Below are positions 12,690 to 25,520 of a stretch of 62,000 bases of DNA, piece by piece. The notes beneath the pieces were generated by a model. The model did no database searches. It had not been told where the DNA came from and saw only the letters and a list, made by a program, of their open reading frames with translations. Source of the stretch: Vicugna vicugna (Eukaryota); NCBI GenBank assembly GCA_013265495.1, contig MU057809.1, positions 186,001 to 248,000 on the forward strand. The letters are read 5' to 3'. A program made the translations under genes and the position numbers. Every line of letters begins with the position of its first letter. Position 1 is the first letter of the stretch.

Positions 12690-15600
12690 GACTTTCCCCA
12701 CATTTAAAGAGCCAGCACCCACATTCCCCTCTTCATTTTTGCTTTCCCCACTTTGGGCGCCAGACATTAAAGACTAGCACATTCAAAAGCAACTGTGTGT
12801 TCGAGAAGCACTAGGAAGTTTCTGTGCATGACCAGGGAAAGGCTCAGAAAAGACCTGCGTGACACGAAATTCACTCCTTAGGCTGGTGCCTAGAACAGAC
12901 ACAGCCTACAACGACCAGAGGGAAACAGGAATAACGAAAAGATTGCAAACCCCAGGGAAGGGGCAGAATATGATTTCCAGAGTGACCACATTATTAGATT
13001 CAAATGCCCAGTGTTCAACAAAAAGTGTAAGGCACACAGAGAAACAGGAAAGCATGGCCCATGTAAAGGGAAAAATAATTAAACAGAATCTATCCCTGAA
13101 AAAGACTTAATGGCAGATACACCAGACAAAGACTTTAAAACACAGTCTCGACGATGCTCAAAACCAAAAGGAAAATTCCGAGAAAGTCACGAAAACAATG
13201 CATAACCAAAGTAGAAATATCAGTAAAGAGATAAAAAGTAAAAAGAAACCAAAACCAAAACCAAACCAAACCAAACTTGGAGCTAAAAGTACAATAACTG
13301 AAATGAAAAATTCACTAGAAGGATTCAAAGGCAGAAGGAAGAGCCAGTGAGCCTGACGATATGGGAACAGAAATCATTGAGACTGGAGGGAAGAAAGAAA
13401 AAAGGCTGAGGAAAAGTGAGCAGAGCCCGAGGGGCCTGTGGGACACCATCAAGAGACCAATACATGCATTCGGGAGCCCCAGAAGAGAAAGAAAGAAATG
13501 TGCAGAGAATATTTGAAGAAATAATAGCTGAAAACTTGACAGATTTGATGCAAAACATGCATATAGACACCCAAGAAGCTCAACAAACTCCAAAAAAGAC
13601 GAACTCAAAGAGGCCCACACCAAGAAACACTATACTCACACTGTCAGAAGACAAAAGCAAAGAATGCTGAAAGCAGCAAAAGAGAAGCAACACAGGGGAT
13701 CCTCAAACAGGTCCGAGCAGATTTCTCATCAGGACCTCTGCAGGCAGAAGACAGCTGGCCAACACAGTCAAAGTACTAAAAGAAAAAAAACTGTCAACAA
13801 AGAATTCTACATCCACACAAAACTGTCCTTCAAAACTGATAGGGAAGTGAAGACACGCCTCGACTTACAGAAGCTGAGGGAGTTCGTGACCACTGGACCT
13901 GACCTGCAAGAAATGCTCCAGGGAGTCCTGCAGGTGCCATGAAAGGACACTAGACAGCACCTCGGAGCCCCGTGGAGAAACCAAGATCTCAGTAACAGTT
14001 AAATACGCAGGCAGTTTTAAAACCTAGTACTATTGTAACGATGGTCTACAGCTGTACTTCTCGTTATCTACGTGATGTAAGAGATGAATACCCTTAAAGA
14101 AAAAAAAGCACTAGCGTAGAAGCTAGTATCACTGTGAGTTCGCGTTGTGACCCCAATTCTTGTTTTCTCCCATACTTCAAGAGACAGTGCATTTACAACA
14201 ACTAGTAGTTTATGTTTTGGGGCACACAATGTATAAAGGTATCATTTTGTGACATCAACAACTGAAATGGGAGGGGACAGAGCCATAAAAAAGCAGAGGT
14301 TTTGTGTACTATTAAAGGTAAGCTGGTATAAATTCACAGTAGAATGTTACAGCTTTCAGAATGGTATATGTAATCCCCATGGTAAACACAGAGAAGACAG
14401 CTACAGAACATACACAGAAAGAAATAAGGAAGAAATGTAAGCATTTCACTAAGAAATTGACTAAACATGAAATACGACACGAATACAGGAGATGAAGGAC
14501 AAAAAATCTGTAGACCACACCGAACACAAGCAGCACAGCGACGGAAGTAAATTCCTCTTTCTCAGTAATTGCTTTAAATGTAAATGTATTAGACACCCAC
14601 TCAAAAGACAGAGACTGACAGAATGGATAAAACATGAGCTCCAACGATGTCCTGTCCACCGGGGATCCATGTGAGAGCCAAACACACAGACAAGGTGGAA
14701 GTGACAGGGTAGGAAGGATGGCCCACACCAGCAACAACCAGCAGACGAGGAGCGGTTACACAGAACAGACTTGAACTCAGCAGGCTTACAGGAGACGAGG
14801 AAGAACGTTACGTATTAATAAAGGTTTAATACAGCAAGAAGATAAACCATGAGTGAATATTCACACACCCGGTGACAGACCGTCCAAATACATGAAGCAA
14901 AGCCTGGCAGGACTGACGGGAGAAACGGACGGTCCTACAGCAACAGCTGGACACCTCAGCGCCCCACCCCCAGCGACGGGCGGGACAACCAGACGGAAGG
15001 CGAGCCCGGAAGCAGAGGACCGAGCACAGCGCGGCAAGGAGGCCTGGCCGACACGTGCAGCACGCCCCTGAAAGCGACAGCAGGGCGCCCCGCCGGGGGC
15101 GCGCGCGACGTTTCACACACAGACTACACGCTGGGCCACAAGGAAAGGCTCAGTGTTTTAAAAGACTGACGTCGTACGAAGCGTCTTCCCTGGTCACAAC
15201 GGGATGAAGCTAGAAACCATCACCAAGGAAAACTGCAAAGTTCACAAAACTGCGGAAATTTAATAACACACTTTTAAATAACAAGCGGATCTAAGAAGAA
15301 ATCACAGTAGAAATTAGAAAACACTCAGAAATGAATGAAAACAAAAACACAACATAACAAAACTTCTGAGAGACAGCAAAAGTGGTGCTAAGGGGGAAAT
15401 TTATAGCTATAAATGCATGCATTAAACAAACAAGAAAGATCCGAAATCAATATTCTAACTTTACAACTTAAAGACCTAGAAAAAGGAGAACCAAATGCGA
15501 AGTTAGAGAAAAGAAGAAAAAAGAAAGATTAGAGCAAAGATAAATGACATAGAGGGCACAAAAACAATAGAGAAAATAAACGAAACCAAAAGTTGGTTCT

Positions 15601-18122
15601 TGGAAAAGATCAACAAATTGACAAAACTTTACTTAGATCAACTAAAAAAAAGAAGACTCAAAATACTAAAATCAGAAATGAAAGTGGAGACATTATTACC
15701 AATTCTACAGAAGTAAAAAGGATTATAAGAAAGCACTACAAACAAGTATATGCCAACAACCTGGACAACTTGGATAAAATGGACAAATTCCTGGAAGCAC
15801 AAAACCCACCGAGACGAACTCAGGGAGAAACACGCAGCCTGAGCAGTAAGGAGGCTGGACAGCAAGGACAGGACTGGGCTGCACGGCGTCAGCGGCGCAT
15901 TCTTCCAATGACTTACAAAAGAACTGATGCCAATTCCTCTCACGTATTTTTTAAAAATTGAAGAACTGAAGGTGATGAAAATTTCCTAGCTCATCCTATA
16001 GGACCAGTGTAAATCTGACACCAAAGCCAAAGACACCATAAGAAAAGAAAACCAAAACCAATGTATCTTATCAACATTGGTGCAAAAATCCTCAACAAAA
16101 TGCTATCAAACTGAATTCAGTAGCACATTAAAGGATTATATACCATGACCACGTGAGATTTATTTCTGGAACGCGAGAACAGTACAATACATGAAAAATA
16201 AAGCAATGTAATACATCACATGAACAGAATGAAGGGAAAAAAACCATTTGATCACATTGGTGTAGAAAAAGCATCTGACAAAATTCAGCATGCTTCATAA
16301 AAACACTCAACAAGAAGGAACAGAAATAAACTAACTCCACATAATAAAAGCCATATATGAAAACCCCACAGCAAACATAGTAGTCAATGGAAAAAGACTG
16401 AAGGCTTTTCCTTTAAAATCAGGAACAAAACAAGGACGCCCTGAGCACCACTTCTGTTCAACATTATACTGGAAGTTCTAACCATAGCAATTAAGCAAGA
16501 AAAAGAACTAAAAGTCATGCAGATTGGAAAGGAAGAAGTAAAATTATCTGTGTTTGCAAATGATATGACCCTATACGTAGAAATTCCTAAAGACTCTAAC
16601 TAATATTTCTATTAGTTAGAACTAATAGATGGATTAAGCAAAGTGGCAGGATTCAAAGTTAACACAGAAAAATCAGTTGTATTTCTATACACGATGAACA
16701 ATTTGAAAAGGAATTATAAAACAAGGCCATTTACATTAGCATCAAAAAGAATAAAACACTTAGGAATTAACCAAGGTGGTGAAAAACTTGTACAATAAAA
16801 AGTATGAAATATTCCTGAAAGAAATTAAAGAAAGCATATATAAATGGAAACATATCCCATGTTCATGGGTTGGAAGACTTAATATTGTTAAAACGGCAAC
16901 ATTACCCAAAGTGATGTAAAAAGTCAATGCAATCCCTACCAAAATCCCCAAGATACTTTTTGCAGAAATAGAAAAACCCATCCTAAAATTCATATGCAAT
17001 CTCAAGCGACCCCAAATACATAAGACAATCTCGAAAAAGAGCAAAACTGAAGGACTGACATTCTCTGATTTCAAAACCTACTACAAAGCTACAGTAACAA
17101 AAACAGTTGGTATCAGCATAAAAATAGACATATAGACCAACGGAAAGACTAGAGAGCCAGAAATAAGTCCTCGCACATACAGTCAGGTGGCTCTGACAGG
17201 GGCGCCAAGGCCAGTCAACGGAGGAAGAAGAGTCTTTGCAAGAAAGGGTGCTGGACACCGGACACCCAACATGAGCAAGGGAATAAAGCTGCACCCTCAG
17301 CTAACACCACACACAAAATTAACTCAAACTGGATCAAGAACCTAAGCGACGGACCTAAAAGCAGTAAAACACTGAGAAGAAAACACGGGACAAAAGCTTC
17401 ATGACACTGGGTTTGGAAATGCCTTCTCAGATATGACACCAAACAGCAAAGGCAACAAAAGAAAAAATAAGCAAATTGGACTTCATGAAAATTTTAAAAA
17501 TTTGTGCATCAAAAGATACGACCCACCAAATAAAAGGCAACCCATAGACGGGGAGAAAATATTTGCAAATCACATACCTGATAGTGGATTAATATCCAGA
17601 GCATATAGGGAACTCCCCAGAACTAACAGCAACAACAAAAACCGAACAACCCAATTTAATAGTGGGCAAAGGATTTAAATAGACATTTCTCCAAAGAAAA
17701 CATACAAACGGCCAGCAGCGCATGAAGAGATGCTCGGCGTGACCAGTCATCACCGCAGTAAGACACCACCTCACGCTCAATGGAATGGCCGCTCTCAGAA
17801 ACAAAGCAAAACAGAAAACCACAAGTGCTGGCGAGAATGTGGAGAAGCTGGAACACACCCCTGCGCACTGCTGGTGGGCACACAAAATGATACAGCCACT
17901 TTGGAAGACAGTATGGAGATGACTCAAAAAATGGATTCCACTTCTGGGTACAGACCCAAAAGAACAGAAAGCGAAGTCCTGAGATGTTTGTCCACCGTGT
18001 TCATGGCAGCATTACGCACAGCAGCTGACACATGGACGCAGCCCAAGCGTCCACCCGTGCAAGAACACACAGGTAAAAGGTGGTCCATCCACACAATGAA
18101 ACACGACTCAAGCTTAAAACCG
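12690..18122 (+). mobile_element. Near full-length L1MB-like LINE-1, 5' part (5' region, ORF1, ORF2), antisense to ADAP1
   Basis: ORF1 C-terminus KLSFKTDREVKTRLDLQKLREFVTTGPDLQEMLQGVL (13664-13942); ORF2 start SVIALNVN at about 14560; NLDNLDKMDKFLE; RT motif LSVFAND at about 16545; Cys-rich C-terminus KCWRECGE at about 17820. Many stops and frameshifts. Confidence 0.9.
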
Positions 18123-19412
18123 GAAGAAGCAGCAGCCAAAAGAAATCTGGGGCAGCTACACTTACATCAGGAAAAACAGACTCCAAGGCAAACGCTGCAA
18201 TAACTGACAACGGAGGTCCTCGCAGAGCGACAGAGAGGTCAGCGCAACAGGAAAACAGAACGTTCACAAATATGCAGGCGCCCAGCCCTGTATGTAACAC
18301 CTACAGCTGTAAAGCAGATGCTCACAAGCCCAAAGGAAGAACCTGGGGGCAGCACAGCAGCAGGAGGGGCCTCACCCCCCACCCCCCGCCAGCGGGCAGA
18401 GCGTCCAGAGAACCAGTAAGGACCCTCGGCCTTAATCAAGGCGCTAGGCCCGACGGCCTTAACAGACACGCACAGAAAACTCCACCCGAGAGCGACGGAT
18501 GCACATTGTACTCAAGCGCGCACGGAGCGTTCTCCAGGAGAGGCCACGTGCTGGCCCACAGACCAGGCCTGATTTAAGACGACGGAGGCCACACCAGGCA
18601 TCTTTTCTGACCACAACTGAGTGAAGCCAGAAATCAACAACTTGGACAACTTGGGAGAAATGGGTAATTCCCTAGAAACACGTAACCTTCCCAGACCGAA
18701 GCATGAAGAAACAGAAACTCTGCACAAACCAATTGCTAGTAAGGAGGCTGAGTCCGCTGTCAGCAGCCTCCTCGCAACCAAAAGCCCGGGACCAGGCGAC
18801 TTCCCTGGTGGGTTCTACCAAATATTTAAAGAAGAATTAATACCAGTCCTTCCCAGGTTCTTCCAAAAAATGGAAGGGAACACCTTGAAACTCATTTCAC
18901 AAGGCCAGCGTCACCCTGATACCAAAACCAGACAAAAACACCACAACAGAAGGAAGTCACCAGCCTCCCTGATGAACACAGATGCAAAATCCTCAACAAA
19001 CTATCAGTAAACTGAATTCGACAATGCATTGGAGGAACCACGCACCACAGCCAACTGGGGTCTGCCCAGCACCCTCAAGCCAGCAGCCACCCCAGGGGAA
19101 GAATAAGCTCACACGGTCATCTCAACAGGCACAGAAAAGGCATTTGACAGAATCCAACATCTATTTATGATCAAAGCTCTCAACAAAGCGGGGACAGAGG
19201 GAAAGCACCTCCACGTAATAAATCCCACAGACGACAAGCCCACAGCTGGCTCCTCGGCAGGAGAGGCGCGGAAGGCTTTCCCCTCCAACATCAGGAGCAA
19301 GACAAGGACGCCTGCCCTCACACCGTCCTTCAACACGGCATTGGAAGTCCTGGCCACGGAAGACAGGCCAGAAAAGGAAACAAACGGCATCCAAACAAGG
19401 AAGGAAAAAGTG

Positions 19413-19557
19413 CACGAGCAACTATACTCGGTATCTTGTAGTAACCTACAGTGAAAAAGAGCATGAAAAGGAATACATGTGTTATGTGGATGGCTGAGCT
19501 CTTACGCTGTTCACCAGAAGCCGACACAACGCTGTAACTGACTGTGCTTCAGTACGA
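19413..19557 (+). mobile_element. Short lineage-specific (cetartiodactyl/camelid-type) L1 3' end with 10-bp TSD
   Basis: aactatactcggtatcttgtagtaacctacagtgaaaaagag..gctgttcaccagaagccgacacaacgctgtaactgac. Exact TSD AAGGAAAAAG at 19401-19410 and 19558-19567 splits the host [13 protein letters not shown] region. Confidence 0.75.
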
Positions 19558-19720
19558 AAGGAAAAAGGGACACTGTCACTGTTTGCAGATGACGGGGTGT
19601 AATGTATAGAAAACCCTAGGATCCCACCAGAACCTGCTAGAAGACGACATGAGTTCAGCAGAGTTGCACGGTACATAACCAGCAGTCTGCCGCGTCTCTC
19701 TACGCTAATAAAGAACCATC

Positions 19721-19804
19721 GGGAGGAGGAGGTAGCTCGGGGTAGAGCGCGTGCCTAGCATGCACCAGGCCCTGCGTTCAATCCCTAGAACTTCCTCCCC
19801 AAAA
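19721..19804 (+). mobile_element. tRNA-derived SINE with TSD
   Basis: A-box-like GTAGCTCGGGGTAGAGC, B-box GTTCAATCC, A-tail; TSD AAAGAACCATC (19710-19720) / AAAGAACTATC (19805-19815). Confidence 0.8.
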
Positions 19805-21624
19805 AAAGAACTATCAGAAAAATAAATTAAGAAAACAATATGTTTACATTTGCATCAAAAAGAGTCAAATACCTGGGAATAAATTTAATCAGGGAGGTGA
19901 AAGGCTTGAACACAGACTTGATGAAAGAAGTTGAAGACAGAAATAAATGGAATTGTATTCTGTGCTCACGGATGGAAGAATTAACGTTGCTAAAACGTCC
20001 ATCCTCCCCTGAAGCTATCTACAGATTCAATGCAATCCCTGTCAAAATTCCAATGGGATTTTTTTTTCCACAAAAAACAGAACCATCCTAAAGTTTGTAA
20101 GAAACTGCTAAGAGGCCCAGACAGCCAAAGCAATCTTGGGGAAGAGGAACGAAGTGGAGGCACTGTACGTCTTGATTTCAAACTATGTGATGAAGCCACA
20201 GCAATCAGAACAGTGTGGTGTTAGCATAAAGCCAGACACACAGCTCAGGGGAGCAGAACAGAGAGCTCAGAAATAAACCAGACACCAAGGGTCAATCAAT
20301 TTGCTGCAGAGGAGCCAAGACTATACAATGGAGTAAGCACAGCCTCTTCAACAAACGGTGTTGGAAGACGGGACAGCTACATGCAAAACATGAAACTGGA
20401 CCCCTTCTTACATCATACACTCACCAATCAGCTCAAAATGGGTTGGCGACTTGAACATAAGACCTGGAGCCGTGACCTCCTAGAAGAACACAGGCAGTAA
20501 GCTCCCGGCGTCGGTCGTGGTGATGATTCTTTGGATCTGACCCCGAAAGCAAAGGCAACAAAAGCAGAAATAAACAAGTGGGACTAAAATGCTTCTGCAC
20601 AGCACAGGAGACCATCAACCAAACGAAAGTGGGAGGAAATATTCACAAATCATATACCTGATAACAGGTCAATATCCAAAACATACAAAGAGCTTGTACA
20701 ACAGCCAAACACTTTGATTTAAAAATGAGCAAGGCCTCTGAGACGTGCAGACAGCCAACAGGCACATGAAAAGACGCTCAACATCACAAGTCATCAAACC
20801 CGAATGAGACGTCACCTTGCCCCTGTCCGAATGGCTGTCCTCAAAAGGACAAGGAAGAGCAAGCGTTGGCAAAGACGCGGGCGAAAGGGAACCCTTGTGC
20901 ACTCTGGAGGGAACAGCACGGAGGCTCCTCAGAAGCTTAAAAGTGGAGCTGCCACAGTATCCAGTCATTTCACTTCTGGACGTTTATCGGAAGGAAATGA
21001 AAACACTAATTCAAACAGGCATTGCTCTCCCCAGGTCCATCACAGCCTTGTTCACCGCAGCCAGGATGTGGCTCCAACCTAAGCGACCGCCGTGGGTGAA
21101 TGGATAGAGATGTGAGATGTATGAGTATCATTCAGCCACAGAGAGAAGGAAGCTCTGCCACTTGCGACAGGGTGCACGGCTCCCGAGGGCCTTGCGCTGA
21201 GGGAGGCACACCAGACAGGGAAGGGCAAACACTGCACCTACAGTCTGCGAGAAGCAAACCCCCGGCCCCACACTCACCGACACAGAGAGCACACGGCCGG
21301 TCGCCAGAGGCGGGGGGTGGAGTGGGGAGATGGGCGAGGACGGTCCAGCGGTGCAAACTCCCACTCACACGGCAAACGGCTCCTGGGGGTGCTACGCACG
21401 GCACGGTGACTGTAGTTAATAGCACTGTGTGTGCATTTGAAAGTCACTAAGAGAAGCAGATCTCGAAAGTTCTCAGTGTAGGAAAACTCGTGTAACCGCG
21501 TGTGATGAAGGATGTTACCGACACTTACTGTGGTGATCGCTTCTCAGTACACACAAACGTCGAATCACTATGTTGGATGCCTGAAACTAACATGATGTTA
21601 CAGTCAATTATGTCTCAATTTTTT

Positions 21625-21950
21625 AAAGAAGGAAGGAACTCCTGACAGCGGCTACTGCACGATCCACACTGAGGACGTGACGCTCAGTGAAACCAGCCAA
21701 CACAGAAGGGCGGGCCCCGTGTGGCCCCACTTACACAGGTGCTCAGTCGAATCCAGAGACAGAAGAGGGGGTCGGGGAGTCAGTCAGTATTGAAGGGGGA
21801 CAGAGTTTCACTTTTGCGAGATGGAGCGAGCTACAGAGATGGAGGGTGGTGACGGCCGCGCAGCAGTGTGCGTGTCCTTCATACCCCTGAGCCGTGCACT
21901 TAAAAATGGTGAAAGCAGCAACGCTTGTGTGTGTTTTACCACAGTAAGAA
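21625..21950 (+). mobile_element. 3' UTR of the interrupted L1MB-like element
   Basis: aaggaaggaactcctgaca..gaggacgtgacgctcagtgaaaccagcc..gtgcacttaaaaatggtgaaa..ttttaccaca continues the sequence broken at about 18122. Confidence 0.75.
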
Positions 21951-21961
21951 ATTACTTTTCC

Positions 21962-22045
21962 GCTTAACAGAGGCACTGGGGATGGAACCCGGGACCTTGT
22001 GCACGCCCAGCATGCGCTCTTCCACTGAGCTACACCCCGCACGTC
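21962..22045 (-). mobile_element. tRNA-derived SINE, camelid-type
   Basis: Reverse strand GGGGTGTAGCTCAGTGGAAGAGCGCATGC..GTGCACAAGGTCCCGGGTTCCATCCCCAGTGCCTC. Confidence 0.8.
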
Positions 22046-24549
22046 CCCCCCGCAAATTTTTAACCCAAAACCCAGGTGGGCTGCTGGCCCAGAAAGGGGA
22101 GACGGCCTAGTCCACTCGTCAGCAGCGCCCTGCCAGCCACCCTCTCCCAAACCAAGCCGAATCCCTGACACTCCTCCCAGCCCAGGTTCTCCTGGCCGGG
22201 TTTAGAGCAGCGTCTGAAAAGTCACCTCGGCCTTGAAGCCTCCGGGGTTGAGGAAGGACCTCCTACTCCGAGTTCACCGCCTCGGCCTTGCAGGCACGCG
22301 CACTAGTCCCAGCCGGGCTGCGAGGACGGGCCCCTGGGCCGCTCACACCCAGACACCCCCGTCCTGGGGCAGTGGGGTCTCCACACCACCATCCCACACC
22401 ATCCGTCTTGTGAGAAAGATCTCCTTACTGGGCCCAGACCTCGCAAATCAGAGGGCCCAGGTGCGCTCAGCATTGGTTTTACCTGGTGTTCTAGGCCATC
22501 CAGAGGTCCAGGTGACATGCATCAAAGCACTACAAAATTATCACCCATACCCCAGCCCAGTGAAAAAGCTGAGAGCCCGCGTCGCTCCCAGTCATCAGAC
22601 CTGAGTGCAAAGAGACAGGGTCATTTGTCCCTGGCTGGCGACTGGGAGGAAGCGAGAGACCCCACCCGCCCTGCCCACCCTGCAGGGTGGAGACCCTCGC
22701 CCAGGTCTTCAATGAGAAAAGCTTCTCTGGGAGGCCATGGGGCCAGGACCCATGTTTAAGGGCACACTGGAGCCCACGAGGGGCAGATAATGGGAGGGTC
22801 TGGGAGCAGGGCTGCAGGGGCTGCAGCCCCCCTCCTGGCAGCCCAGGTCTGCCCAAATCTACTACCAAGTCCCATGCCTGGTGACTGGGGGCCCTGGAAC
22901 AGCCCCGTGTCCTGCAGTGCAGAGCCAAGTCCCTGGGCACCTCACTCCTGGCAGGCTGCGGTCGAGAGGAGGACCCACGAGCCAGTTCCCTTCCGGCCCC
23001 CGCAACGTCGAAGTGGGACCTAGTCGCCCATCTGGGCCACAGGAGGGACAGGAACCCTGGTGGCACCCCCACAGTGGCACAGAACACCAGGGATGGGGGG
23101 GCAGCAGGAGAGCTGGTCTGCCTTTGAGGCACCACGTCCCCTATGACAGCTCAGGTTCTCAAGGCCTCAGTCTCCCCAGCTGTAAAATGGGGGCAACCAC
23201 CCATCTCTCATCTGCTCCACAGGCTGCCAGACAGATGAGGCAAGATGCTGATGTCATGGGCCAAGTCTGGAAAGCAGAGTCTTGGCCCGATGCCAGGGAC
23301 AGCCGACCGCTCCAGAGCCCCCGTGCCTGCCAAAGGGCAGTGGCCCCCAGACCGAGCGGGTGGGCGGGCACAGCAGCCACACGGGCTACTGCGCCAAGGA
23401 GGCCCCTCCCTCCTACTAGGCTGGGGGAAGGCTCTGGATCCAAAGAAGGCCCTTCTGGGCAGTGTGGCCAGGAGGGCGAGGGACAGCACCAGCTCCCTCC
23501 CCCCGCCCCCAGGCCAAGCCTGAGAGCAGAAGGAGCCAACAACGGCCCTTGCTCACCAGCCCTCTGCCTGGCATGGCCCGGGCCGCTTTCCTGAACAAGT
23601 GGAAATACAGGTCTGGGAGAGGGGGGTGGGGAGAGTCTGGGGTGAGCCGGCCCAGCTGGCAGGAGCAGGCACGGAGGTGATGCCGGCCTCCCTTCACGGC
23701 CAAGGTGAGCCCCGCGCGGCCCTGCTCAGGTGGCAGGGAAAGGCCTCCAGCCTCAGCGCGGCAGCCCAGCAGGTCCCTAGCACCTGGGGCTGCCAGAGAC
23801 CCCTCCCAGACGTGGGTGGGCAGCAGAGGAGGACTGGGCAGTGGGTCCAGTTGGGGGTGTCCAGAGGCTGTGTGTCTCAAACAGGTGTCTCAGAACAAAT
23901 GCAGAGTCTTCCCACCTTCCCTCTCTGGGGGCCTGGGCCCCTCCATGGTGTGTCAGACTCGTTCTGAGGGGCTCAGCCGAGGAGACCCCAGTGGAGCAGC
24001 CAGTGTGTCCCTGCAGGGCCTGGAGGCCAGCCCCTGAGGTGGGCCACCCTCCCTACTGGGGCCATGAGCAGGTGAGCCCTAGGGGCTGTTTCTGCCCCAC
24101 CCCCACCCAGGCCCAGCCCAGGGCTCCCAGCTTAGAAGCTGTCCTGCTGGTCTGAGAGCAAAGCCTTTTCTTTTCCTGCCAATCCCAGCAGCCCCAGGAA
24201 GGGAGGTAAGCTCCCTAGTGCTCTGGCACCTTGGAAATCACCCCAGAGCAGGCACCACCCAAGAGCAAAGTCTGGGAGATGCCTGCTGGGAGGATGGGGT
24301 GCAGGTGGCTGTGTGCCTGTTCTGAGCTGCACCTGCCCTCCTGCCCCACCTGAACTGGCCTCTTGCCCAAGGACAGCGAGGCTGGGTGGGGGAGGGGGCG
24401 CCCCTTCCCCCCCAGGTCCACGCGGAGATGGCAGGTGCTTTCTCCCCCTGCTGGAGGCGCAGCGCCAGGGGGTGGCTCCAGGCGAGGGGCCCATGACGTC
24501 ACCTCCAGGTGGAGGGGAGCCAGGTGGACCCCCACACCCATGCACAGAA

Positions 24550-25520
24550 GGCCGAGGGCCGCTTGTCCGTCCTCTCCCTGCAGCCGGTCGCCCGCCACGA
24601 TTTCCTCTTTCCTTGCGGAGCCCAAGGTTTCGCAAGGCGGTGGCGGTTCCCGGGTGACAGCGAGACACGCAACCGGGGGGAGGGGAGGCAGCGACACAGC
24701 CCCCGGCCGGGGGCCACGAGCAGGCGATGTCGGGCTCCCGCAGGCGCCCTCGGGCCCGCGTCCCACCCGAGCGGGGACCAGGCTGCGCAGCCTGCGCCCC
24801 CGAGCCACGCAGGCGCCGCAGCACCCCTCCCCGGGCCCAGGACTGGCATCCAGGCCGGCACCACCCCGGGCGGCATCCGCCCGGGCCCTCACCCACGCGG
24901 GCGGGCAACCACCGGCCCGCACCCCCGCCCCAGGCCCGCAGCGCCCTGGGCGCGCCCACCCGGTCCGCACCCACCCGGCCAGCACCTACCCGGGGCGCCG
25001 CAGTCGGCACAGTGCGCGTTCCCCGGCCGCTGCAGCAGCTCCAGCACGGCCCTCCGCCGCTCCTTGGCCATGGCCGCGATGCTGGCGGGCCGCGATGCCG
25101 GGGTCGGAGCGTCCGCCCCGCCGCGCTAGGGCACCGCGGAGGCCGCCCGCCGCCGCCGCCCCTGCGCCATCCTGGGCCGCTCAGTCCGCGCGCCGGTTCC
25201 GCATTCCTGCCGCCCAGCCCCGCTCCGCCGCCGCCGCCGCTGTTGCTGCCGCCGCGGCACCCCCAGCGGCGCGGGCGGGCGGCCTCCTCCCGCGCCGGGC
25301 CGGCGGCCCCTAGCCCACCCGGGGGACCCCCGCCCCGGCGAGGTCGGCCCAAGGCCCGCCTCATTCGGGCTCAGCGTCCCAACTGCCCGGGCGCAGTGCC
25401 ATCGGCCACACTGGTGGGGGGCTTGAGGGAACCAAATAAGCACCAGCCTGGGTGAGATCATCATGCAGTCATCTGGGCGGCATTAGCGCCTGGACACCCA
25501 CGGCGCGCTCAGGGGACATC
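24550..25520. promoter_or_regulatory. ADAP1: CpG island / GC-box promoter of ADAP1
   Basis: Very high GC and CpG density with GCC repeats and CCCCGCCCC boxes around exon 1; boundaries approximate. Confidence 0.85.
24990..25071 (-). CDS. ADAP1: ADAP1 coding exon 1 (ArfGAP with dual PH domains 1 / centaurin-alpha1)
   Basis: Strong Kozak gcggccATGG; MAKERRRAVLELLQRPGNAHCADCGAP; donor CCG G|GTAGGT at 24989; inside a CpG island; intron 1 is about 23.3 kb. Confidence 0.96.

Larger units (their letters stand above)
18125..21624 (+). mobile_element. Second, 5'-truncated L1 (L1MA-like) nested inside the first
   Basis: Restarts in the endonuclease domain (KKSGAATLTSGKTDSK); KSPGPGDFPGGFYQIFKEEL; LSLFADD at about 19575; AIYRFNAIPVKIP; 3' end cctgaaactaacatgatgttacagtcaattatgtctcaat. 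Confidence 0.85.

Noticed and set aside
13242..13276. (AAAC/AAACC)n run, and the (TCTG/TC)n run at about 31030-31070
   Set aside because: Common microsatellites with no further signal.
13416..20224. L1 ORF1/ORF2 peptides as a possibly active or domesticated retroelement
   Set aside because: Fragmented by many stops, frameshifts and insertions; the first RT motif is mutated (FAND); longest pieces are under 170 aa.
21962..22045. tRNA-like sequences with A/B boxes (also 19721, 44060, 5613)
   Set aside because: No intact cloverleaf; A-rich tails and TSDs identify them as SINEs, not tRNA genes.
24132..25455. Overlapping long ORFs (410, 316, 256, 242 aa) on both strands
   Set aside because: G/P/R/A-rich products of a stop-poor CpG island; only the 82-nt ADAP1 exon has splice signals and a recognisable domain.
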